Source: Elusimicrobiota bacterium (GTDB lineage: Bacteria > Elusimicrobiota > Elusimicrobia > UBA1565). From it: a stretch of DNA of 13,452 bases. The notes below the pieces were generated by a model. That model was not told the origin of the DNA. It saw only the letters and a list, made by a program, of their open reading frames with translations, and did no database searches. Location: positions 1 through 13,452 of the forward strand of contig JBDREN010000061.1 in assembly GCA_043819795.1 (NCBI GenBank). The letters run 5' to 3'. The first letter of the stretch is position 1. Every line of letters starts with the position of its first letter. Of the stretch, positions 1 to 6,561 are shown piece by piece. The position numbers were made by a program, and so were the translations under genes.

Positions 1-147
1 TTATCGCGAGGAAGTGCCGCGTCCAGACGCCGTTGGGAAGCGGCCTCCTCGGTCACATCCCGTCGAGGGATGCTCCCTCGTCGCGCCTTGGCTCGGCTCG
101 CTCCAGGCGATTTCGCCATCCGAAATACTTTTGCCACGGGCTGCTAG
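1..147. repeat. Palindromic intergenic repeat / MITE-like element, probably truncated by the window edge
   Basis: Hairpins CATCCC-gtcga-GGGATG (56-72) and GGCGA-tt-TCGCC (106-117). The minus-strand end reads CTAGCAGCCCGTGGCAAAA, resembling TAGCAGCC..AAAA-type MITE ends recalled from other bacteria. Copy number cannot be checked here. Confidence 0.4.
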
Positions 148-1118
148 ACCCTGCGCCTCCAGCGCTCGAGCAGCTCGGCCTCGCGCTCGGGAGCCAGGCC
201 GATGTTCCGGAGCGGCCGGTCGGGCCGCGCCTCGTCCCAGACGCGGACATCGTGAACCGTTTCCATCAGGGGCCGATAGGTCAGCCCGGCCGCCTGCGCC
301 CGTCCCGAATCGAACCGGCACTGGAGCCCGGGCAGCCACAGCGGGATGTCGACGGAGGGGACCATCCCCTCCCCGAGCAGGAACGCGTCGTCCACCCACG
401 TGAACCGCGCCGGGCTGTTCGCGTCCTTGCGGCACAGCTCCAGCATGCGCCGCATGGGCGTCCCCGGCCCGCAGGCGTTGTAGGTCCCCGGCTTCCCCCC
501 CTGCGCCATCGTGACGATCCACGCGGCCAGGTCGCGGGCGTCGATGATCTGCACGGTACGCTCCGGGTCGCCGGGCGCGAGGACCTCCCCCCCGCGCGCC
601 ACCCGGGAGGGCCAGTAGGCGAACCGGTCGGTGGGATCATGGGGCCCGGTGATGAGCCCGGGGCGGACGATCACGCCCGACTTGGGGAACGAGTCCCTCA
701 CCACCAGCTCGCAGCCGGCCTTCAGTGCCCCGTAGGTCTCGTCTCGGATCGCGCGAGGCTCGCCCGCGGGCGGCACGCGCACGGGCGCGTCCTCATCCTG
801 ACGATCGAGGGCGAGGTCTTCGTACACCGACACCGACGACACGTAGACGTACCGGCCGACCCAGCCCCGCAGCGTATCCGCGGAGCCCCGCACCGCGCCG
901 GGGGTATGGCCGCTCACGTCCACCACGCCGTCCCAGCTCCGGCCGCTGAGCGCGCCCAGGTCCCCGCTCCGCTCCCCGACGAGGCGCTCCGCCCGGGTGA
1001 ACAGGCCCTTGCCGCCGCGCCCACGACCGAACAGCGTCACCTCGTGGCCGTGCTTGATCGCCGCTTCGACGATATGGCGGCCCAGGAAGACGGCGCCGCC
1101 CATGACGAGGAGTTTCAT
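144..1118 (-). CDS. NAD-dependent epimerase/dehydratase family protein (atypical SDR, isoflavone-reductase-like), 324 aa
   Basis: N-terminal Rossmann motif MKLLVMGGAVFLG, plus YVYVSSVSVY, YGALK (YxxxK), IVRPGLITGPHD and QIIDARDLA. ATG at 1118 lies 11 nt past the nth stop. Confidence 0.9.
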   Translation of the reverse strand: MKLLVMGGAVFLGRHIVEAAIKHGHEVTLFGRGRGGKGLFTRAERLVGERSGDLGALSGRSWDGVVDVSGHTPGAVRGSADTLRGWVGRYVYVSSVSVYEDLALDRQDEDAPVRVPPAGEPRAIRDETYGALKAGCELVVRDSFPKSGVIVRPGLITGPHDPTDRFAYWPSRVARGGEVLAPGDPERTVQIIDARDLAAWIVTMAQGGKPGTYNACGPGTPMRRMLELCRKDANSPARFTWVDDAFLLGEGMVPSVDIPLWLPGLQCRFDSGRAQAAGLTYRPLMETVHDVRVWDEARPDRPLRNIGLAPEREAELLERWRRRV

Positions 1119-1129
1119 GGGCTGAAGGG

Positions 1130-1768
1130 TCAGACGCCCCGCTTCGGGCAGATGTCGCGCAGGGAGCAGCCCGGGCAGTCGGGACCGCGAGCCTTGCACA
1201 CGCGCCGCCCGTGCCAGATCACGGCGTGGCCGAAGAAGATCCACTCCCGCCGCGGCACGCACTCCATGAGGTCCCTCTCGATCTTGACCGGGTCCGTATG
1301 GTCGCTGAGACCGAGGCGGTAGGATAGCCGCTTGACGTGGGTGTCGACGACGACGCCCTCGGCCTTGCCGAAAGCCGTGCCCAGGACCACGTTCGCCGTC
1401 TTGCGCGCCACGCCGCGCAGCGCGAGGAGCTCCTCCATCGTGTCGGGCACCCTCCCCCCATGGTCCTTCGCGACCGCGCGCGCCATCTCCCGGATGGACT
1501 TGGCCTTCGCCCGGAAGAATCCGGTGGACCGGACCATCTCCTCGAGCTCGCCCGGCTTGGCCGCGGCGTAGGCCTTCGCGGTCCGATATCTCTTGAACAA
1601 GCCCTTCGTGACGATGTTGACCCGCTTATCGGTGCACTGCGCCGAGAGGATGGTCGCCACGATCAGCTCGAGAGCGTTCCCGAAATCGAGCTCGCAGCGG
1701 GCCCGGGGATAAAGCTTCCTGAGCCCCTTGACGACTCCCCCGGCCAGCCTCTCGCGGTCCGCGCTCAT
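1130..1768 (-). CDS. nth: Endonuclease III (HhH-GPD DNA glycosylase/AP lyase), 212 aa
   Basis: LIVATILSAQCTDKRVN, HhH motif LLALRGVARKTANVV, VVVDTHVKR and the C-terminal [4Fe-4S] motif C-x6-C-x2-C-x5-C. The start overlaps the upstream stop (ATGA at 1765-1768). Confidence 0.97.
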   Translation of the reverse strand: MSADRERLAGGVVKGLRKLYPRARCELDFGNALELIVATILSAQCTDKRVNIVTKGLFKRYRTAKAYAAAKPGELEEMVRSTGFFRAKAKSIREMARAVAKDHGGRVPDTMEELLALRGVARKTANVVLGTAFGKAEGVVVDTHVKRLSYRLGLSDHTDPVKIERDLMECVPRREWIFFGHAVIWHGRRVCKARGPDCPGCSLRDICPKRGV

Positions 1769-3498
1769 CGCTTCGAAAGGGGATAGAAGTAGACGCCCAT
1801 GAAGACGGCGTTGTCGTAGAAGCCCTTCACCCAGTCCCGCATCGCGTAGACGCCTTGGGGATGGACCGTGTAGATTTGCGGGACTTCCTCGAAGCCCAAC
1901 TCCTGGATCTCGCGGTAGAGCTTCTCGCGCTTGGCCGGGTCCACCTCGCGCACGGCGCCCTCCACGAGCCGGTCCATCGCCGGGTTGCGGTAGCCCTGGG
2001 CGTGCGGATAGCGCCCTTGGCTGTGGTAATACGGGAACGCGAAGTTGTGGGCGTCCGGATAGTCCGCCGTCCATCCGCGCGAGAACAGCGGCATGAGCCG
2101 CTTCTGCGCGCGGTCGAGGTAGGACGCCCACTCCAGGCCCCGGGTGTCCACGCGGAACTTCGGATTGAGCGCCTCCACGCCCTTCTTGAGGATCTGGCAG
2201 GCGTACTCGCGCACGTCCCCGCCCATATTGTAGGTCAGCGTGAAGCGGAAGCCGCGCTCCCACACCTTCCCGCCCCAGGCCTTCTTGAAGTGCTCGGCCG
2301 CCTTCCGCTTGTCGTAGGTGTAGTGCGGCATGTCCGGATAGTAGCCCGGCAGGCCCGGCGGGATCGGCCCCTTGGCCCGGTCGGCGGAGCCCTTGAAGGT
2401 GTCGCGGATGAAGGCGTCGTAGTCGAAGGAGTAGGCGAAGGCCTTGCGCAGGTCCTTGTCCGTGAAGAAGTCCGGCGGGATGCCCTCGCCGTCGAGCTTC
2501 CCGGAGCCGATGTCCGGGTTGCCCTTAGGGTTGATGTCGAAGGTGAAGTAGAAGCACGGGTCGGTCAGCAGGCGAGGCAGGCCGTCCACGATCCGCACGC
2601 CCTTCATCCCCCGCACCTGCGAGAGGTAGGGCCGGCGCACCTCGATGATGTCCGCGTCCCCGGCCTGGAGAAGGAGCTTGCGCGTCGAGTTCTCGGGCAC
2701 CGACAGCACCATGACCCGCCGGAAGGAGGCGGGCTCGCGCCAATAGCCGTCGTTGCGCGCCAGCGTGAGCCGGCGGGCGACCCGGTCCCAGCGCTCGAGC
2801 CGGAACGGGCCGGTCCCGTTCATGCGGTCGAAGAACCGGGTATCCTCCTTGGCCGGGTCGTTGAAGGTCTTCCACGTCTCCGCCGACCCGTCCCACGCGC
2901 CCTGCTCGACGGCCCAGGCCCTGCTCATGACGTAGGACCAGCGCGCCATGATCGACAAGAACGGCGCGAAAGGCGTCTTCAGGCGCACGACGACCTTGTC
3001 GCCCTCGACCCGCACGGCCCGCTCGACGTCTTCGAAGCGGACGGCGATCGCCCCGCCGGCGTCGCGCGTGCTCGTGACCCCGAGGATCGGCTCCAAAAGC
3101 AGCGACGACGGCCCTCCGGCGCGGTCGACGAGCAGGAAGCGCATCAGCGAGTACCGGACGTCCTCGGGCGTCATGGGCTTGCCGTCGTGGAAGCGCACCC
3201 CCTCGCGGATCGGGAAGGCGTAGGTCCGCCCGTCCGGCGAGACGAGCCCGTTGGCGAGGCTCGGGACCTTGGTCGCCAGGAGAGGGACCATCCTGTCGTT
3301 GCGGTCGCGCTCGAAGGCGATCAGCGTCTCGTAGACGTTGAATATGGTCCCCTGGCTCACGGCGTCGTAGGGATAGACCGGGTCCAGGCTGGTGATCTCT
3401 CCCACCGCGGCGTAGACGAAGGTGTCGGGGTTGCGCATCTTCGCGCAGGCGCAGAGCGCCGGCAGAACGGCCAGAAGCAGAGTCAGCGGCCTTCTCAT
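1765..3498 (-). CDS. ABC transporter substrate-binding lipoprotein, family 5 (OppA/DppA/NikA-like), 577 aa
   Basis: Lipoprotein signal MRRPLTLLLAVLPALCAC, plus SLDP..YD, VYETL, F.IREGVRFHDG, NGTGPFRL and GWTADYPD. ATGA overlaps with both neighbouring genes. Confidence 0.93.
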   Translation of the reverse strand: MRRPLTLLLAVLPALCACAKMRNPDTFVYAAVGEITSLDPVYPYDAVSQGTIFNVYETLIAFERDRNDRMVPLLATKVPSLANGLVSPDGRTYAFPIREGVRFHDGKPMTPEDVRYSLMRFLLVDRAGGPSSLLLEPILGVTSTRDAGGAIAVRFEDVERAVRVEGDKVVVRLKTPFAPFLSIMARWSYVMSRAWAVEQGAWDGSAETWKTFNDPAKEDTRFFDRMNGTGPFRLERWDRVARRLTLARNDGYWREPASFRRVMVLSVPENSTRKLLLQAGDADIIEVRRPYLSQVRGMKGVRIVDGLPRLLTDPCFYFTFDINPKGNPDIGSGKLDGEGIPPDFFTDKDLRKAFAYSFDYDAFIRDTFKGSADRAKGPIPPGLPGYYPDMPHYTYDKRKAAEHFKKAWGGKVWERGFRFTLTYNMGGDVREYACQILKKGVEALNPKFRVDTRGLEWASYLDRAQKRLMPLFSRGWTADYPDAHNFAFPYYHSQGRYPHAQGYRNPAMDRLVEGAVREVDPAKREKLYREIQELGFEEVPQIYTVHPQGVYAMRDWVKGFYDNAVFMGVYFYPLSKR

Positions 3499-3713
3499 GG
3501 GACCTCGATGATCTTGCCCGGGGACTTGCCCCCCTTCACGATGCGGATGCGCCCGGGCGCCACGCCCAGCGCGCGGCCCATGATCGCGAGGCACGCGGCG
3601 TTGGCGCGCCCGCCCTCGGCCGGGGCCTTCACCCAGAGCTCGTAGTGGTCGGACGCCCTCTTCTCGACGGCGTCTTTCTTGGCGCCCGGATGCACGCGCA
3701 GCTTGATGAGCAT
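3495..3713 (-). CDS. DUF167 (YggU/UPF0235) family protein, 72 aa
   Basis: Family motifs RVHPGAKK, VKAPAEGGRAN and IRIVKGGKSPGK. GGAG SD upstream. Confidence 0.88.
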   Translation of the reverse strand: MLIKLRVHPGAKKDAVEKRASDHYELWVKAPAEGGRANAACLAIMGRALGVAPGRIRIVKGGKSPGKIIEVP

Positions 3714-3735
3714 GGGGGACCGCTCTCCGTCGGTG

Positions 3736-3744
3736 AGTCTACCA
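3736..3744 (-). promoter_or_regulatory. Extended -10 promoter (TGgTAGACT) for the DUF167-SBP-nth-epimerase operon
   Basis: TGn + TAGACT on the minus strand, 22 nt upstream of the DUF167 ATG. Confidence 0.5.
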
Positions 3745-3807
3745 AATCCCGGACCCCCGCGACGGAGCGAAGCCGGCGCGGGCGGGCATGTCTCCGAGCG
3801 GCCCGGC

Positions 3808-5826
3808 TCAGTCCTTCCGGCAGGTCAGCAGCTGGATGTAGGGAGCGTTGGTCCCGGCCACCGATCCGGAAGGGTTCACGGACAGCCCCGTCGCAGCCGC
3901 GATCGATGGGACCGGAACCGATTGGTGGGATTTCACGAATCTATATCCGACTCGACCATGATCCGTCCCGAACTGGCTCCCATCCATGTCGAATTGCGGA
4001 AGTTGATGTTGGTGCGGATCCTCATTCACCGAATGCCCGTGCGTGCCGGTCTCGCGGTTCTCCTCATTGGACAAGGCTGTCCCGACCGTCGCGCCGAGGG
4101 TCCCGGATGCAGGCATGCCGACCACGACTCGACCCCGGGCGGAGGTCAGCTCGCTCCACCCGGAGGGGCACGACGACAAGTCGAAATGCATGACGGCGCC
4201 TGAGGGAACGGCGTCGCCGCCCGGCAGATTGGTCAGGGCGGAGCCGTCTCCCTCGAAGGCCGCGGCCTTGACCGTCCCGGCCACGTCCAGCTTCGCCGCC
4301 GGGCTCGCCGTCCCGATGCCGACGTTGCCGGTGCCATCGATCGTCAACCTACTGGTTGTTCCAAGCTCTGCCGCAGCTGAAATCTTGAATTTATCCGAAT
4401 CGGAATTATCAGTCCCCATGGCCCATGTGCCTATGCCGGACACATCAAAGCGGACCTTGGGATCGCCGCCGGAAGGCCCCCCTGCCAGCGCCATAAGAAA
4501 CGCATGGGAAGCGGCATTGGTGCTGTCCGCATTTTCGACCTTTATCCCGACATCGCCGCCGGCATTTGATTCCGAGACATGCAGCTTTTGAGTGGCGTTC
4601 ATGATCCCGATGCCGACCTTCCCCGAAACGCTCGCATACATATTAATCCCGTCGATCGTCCAGTCGGCATCTCCTCCGGAGATTCCTGTCAGGGCGGAGC
4701 CGTCCCCTTCAAAGGACGAGGCTTTGACCGTCCCGGCCACCTCCAGCTTCCGCCCCGGGCTCGCCGTCCCGATGCCGACGTTGCCGGAGGTGTCGATCAC
4801 CATGCGCTGCGTGGCGTTCGTCGCGAAGCGCAGCGGATGGTCCGACGCGGTCCACAGGTTCAGGCCCGGAGCCGTGTTGCCGGTGCCGTTGCCCACCCCG
4901 CTCCGATTCATGGACAGGTAACCGCTGATGTCCGGGTTCGACCCGTCCGTGTTGACCAGATGCAGCTGGGTGTAGCTTCCGTTCTTCTCGAGATAGATGT
5001 CGTCGTTGGGATCGGACACGGAGACCGTGGTTCCACCCGCCATGATCCTGCCGGCGACATTCAGCGGCGCCACAGGGCTCGATGTCCCAATACCCACGTT
5101 GCCGCTCGTCCGGTAGACGTTCCCGCCGCTCTCCGCCCAGAGGCTCGACCCGCCCGAGGGCCAAGTGGTGATCTCGGAGCCGTTGAGGTTGAAGCCGGTG
5201 GCCCTCACCGTGCCGAAGACCTCCAGCTTCTCGGACGGGGTCTTCGTCCCGATGCCGACATTGCCGCCGTTGGTTATCGCCATATAATCATTGCCGGGGC
5301 CCAGATTCCAGCTATCGGGATCCGATTGCCCGTTGATGGCTCCGCCTCTGAAGAGGAATCCCCAAGGTCCGCTTCCATGTATGGATATGACCTCGTTGAA
5401 TCCGCTGCCGGGATCCGGCCGCAGCATGACGGCCCTATCGTTGAAGCTGTTTCGGGCGAACGATCTGAGACCGCCCACGTCTCCGATGACGTCAAGCTCC
5501 GTCCTGGGGCTCGCCGTCCCGACGCCGACGGAGCCCCCATTATAGAAGAGGTCGGAGCCGCTCTCCGTCCAAAGGCCTCCGGCGGGCCCGGGGTCGCCCG
5601 CATCCCCCTTGGATCCCTGCGGACCGGGGTCGCCCGTGTCGCCCTTAGGTCCCCGCAAGGCGGCCGCGCCCTCGTCTGTAAACTCCATAAGGATCGTGCC
5701 ATCCGGCTTTGTCCGCAGGATGGTCTTGTCGGTGCCATCCGATCCGCGCAGCACCCCGCTATCCTCGGCCAGGGCCAGCGCCGGCCATGGCCAGATCAAT
5801 GCTCCCAAGATCAGTAGCTTCTTCAT
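3808..5826 (-). CDS. Secreted phage-tail-fibre-like trimeric adhesin (signal peptide, collagen, GNVGIGT repeats, C-terminal tail-collar-like domain), 672 aa
   Basis: SD GGAGG before ATG 5826 and signal peptide MKKLLILGALIWPWPALALA. Eight Gly-X-Y triplets, six G[NSK]VG[IV]G[TI] motifs, and a C-terminal GAVMHFDLSSCPSGW..GRVVVG..THGH..HQH..PYIQLLTCRK tail-collar/tip pattern. Confidence 0.8.
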   Translation of the reverse strand: MKKLLILGALIWPWPALALAEDSGVLRGSDGTDKTILRTKPDGTILMEFTDEGAAALRGPKGDTGDPGPQGSKGDAGDPGPAGGLWTESGSDLFYNGGSVGVGTASPRTELDVIGDVGGLRSFARNSFNDRAVMLRPDPGSGFNEVISIHGSGPWGFLFRGGAINGQSDPDSWNLGPGNDYMAITNGGNVGIGTKTPSEKLEVFGTVRATGFNLNGSEITTWPSGGSSLWAESGGNVYRTSGNVGIGTSSPVAPLNVAGRIMAGGTTVSVSDPNDDIYLEKNGSYTQLHLVNTDGSNPDISGYLSMNRSGVGNGTGNTAPGLNLWTASDHPLRFATNATQRMVIDTSGNVGIGTASPGRKLEVAGTVKASSFEGDGSALTGISGGDADWTIDGINMYASVSGKVGIGIMNATQKLHVSESNAGGDVGIKVENADSTNAASHAFLMALAGGPSGGDPKVRFDVSGIGTWAMGTDNSDSDKFKISAAAELGTTSRLTIDGTGNVGIGTASPAAKLDVAGTVKAAAFEGDGSALTNLPGGDAVPSGAVMHFDLSSCPSGWSELTSARGRVVVGMPASGTLGATVGTALSNEENRETGTHGHSVNEDPHQHQLPQFDMDGSQFGTDHGRVGYRFVKSHQSVPVPSIAAATGLSVNPSGSVAGTNAPYIQLLTCRKD
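4232..4798. repeat. Intragenic ~110-bp direct repeats (4232-4342 and 4688-4798; offset 456 bp = 152 codons)
   Basis: A 33-bp identical core CCGGGCTCGCCGTCCCGATGCCGACGTTGCCGG at 4299-4331 and 4755-4787. More divergent copies near 5205-5268 and 5506-5530. Confidence 0.9.
5581..5652 (-). repeat. Collagen-like (Gly-X-Y)8 coding repeat
   Basis: Encodes GPK GDT GDP GPQ GSK GDA GDP GPA. Confidence 0.9.
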
Positions 5827-5867
5827 GATCGCCCCCTCCAAACGCCCGCAGCGCTCAAATCCATGAT

Positions 5868-5896
5868 AGTATGGCCCGGACCCGCGGAATTATCAA
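5868..5896 (-). promoter_or_regulatory. Putative sigma70 promoter of the fibre gene
   Basis: TTGATA-17 bp-CATACT on the minus strand. Confidence 0.45.
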
Positions 5897-6027
5897 GGAC
5901 AGCGGCTGGCTTTGGCGCAGGAATAGGGCCTCGGAGAGCGGGGGAACGCCAGCCCCTTTCGAACCGCGTCTATGACCGCAGTTTGTCGGGTCGCATTTCC
6001 GGCAGGACTATTCGTCGAAGGAAGCCT

Positions 6028-6101
6028 TCGGGGTGCCCGGACTTGAACCGGGAACCTCCTGCTCCCAAAGCAGGCGCTCTAGCCAATTGAGCTACACCCC
6101 G
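6028..6101 (-). tRNA. tRNA-Pro(UGG), CCA not encoded
   Basis: CGGGGTG/CACCCCG acceptor stem, D-arm GCTCAATTGGCTAGAGC, anticodon arm CCTGC-TT-TGG-GA-GCAGG and T-loop GTTCAAGTCC. Confidence 0.97.
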
Positions 6102-6105
6102 TCTT

Positions 6106-6289
6106 GTCGCACCCCTCGCTCCGCTCGGGGCCTGAAGGCCCGCGCGAGAGAGGTGCCGTACTCGCGCGGGTGCTCTCCCTGGGGGCTGCCGCCCCCTCGG
6201 GCCCGCAAGACCCTTCGGGCCTTGCGGGTCACCCCCACTAAGGTCGCCGGACCATGCCGGCGACTAATAGGTCGCACCCCTCGCTCCGC
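6106..6289. repeat. Multi-hairpin element bounded by 19-bp perfect direct repeats
   Basis: GTCGCACCCCTCGCTCCGC at 6106-6124 and 6271-6289, with at least four strong inverted repeats between the copies. Confidence 0.75.
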
Positions 6290-6336
6290 GCAAGCGACGC
6301 AAAGCCCGCCGGCGAGGCGTCCAGGACGACGGTCCG

Positions 6337-6345
6337 ATTATACCA
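6337..6345 (-). promoter_or_regulatory. Consensus extended -10 promoter (TGgTATAAT) reading toward tRNA-Pro
   Basis: Perfect TATAAT preceded by TGn. Predicted +1 near 6330. Confidence 0.65.
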
Positions 6346-6522
6346 CTTGGCCGGAAGGCGGGCGAGGACCCGTCGCAACTGTTGTCAACAACAGTCCACC
6401 TGCCTATGGGAATGCAGGACGCTGACGCGGGTCATCCGGATAGGAACGACGCAATATGAAAATGGTTGAGATTTGCGATCCGGACTCCACGCGATGCAAG
6501 GATAAATAACTTCAGTGGTTCA

Positions 6523-6551
6523 TTGACGATTCGGGAGCGACCTGCTACCCT
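6523..6551 (+). promoter_or_regulatory. Putative sigma70 promoter of the HEAT-repeat gene
   Basis: TTGACG-17 bp-TACCCT, with TG at the extended -10 position. Confidence 0.5.
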
Positions 6552-6561
6552 CAGAGGACCG

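Noticed and set aside
1769..2263. N-terminal extension of the nth ORF (similar extensions on the epimerase, SBP and paralogue B)
   Set aside because: These extensions overlap upstream genes or promoters. Family motifs, ATGA coupling and SD placement support the shorter starts.
33..3645. Long plus-strand ORFs (33-1322, 1337-1786, 1855-3645)
   Set aside because: Antisense shadows of well-supported genes, expected from GC3 bias. No recognisable motifs.
3808..4100. DGR variable region or shufflon in the fibre C-terminus
   Set aside because: No reverse transcriptase, template repeat, invertase or inverted cassettes in the window. The visible repeats differ at all base types, not only adenines.
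3714..6027. Fibre gene as an island integrated at tRNA-Pro
   Set aside because: No integrase and no duplicated tRNA 3' end at the far side, only a 7-bp CCCGGAC match near 3748.
6001..6030. SRP RNA-like GAAGGAAGC motif
   Set aside because: Lacks the SRP helix 8 context (CAGG..GNRA..AGCAG) and long stem. It is only a short hairpin at the tRNA 3' end.
6106..6289. CRISPR array
   Set aside because: Only two 19-bp repeats with a 146-bp highly palindromic interval, and no cas genes.
6033..6469. Small ORFs at 6033-6425, 6092-6277 and 6254-6469
   Set aside because: They overlap the tRNA, palindromic repeats or promoter motifs, and give low-complexity Arg/Pro/Gly translations.
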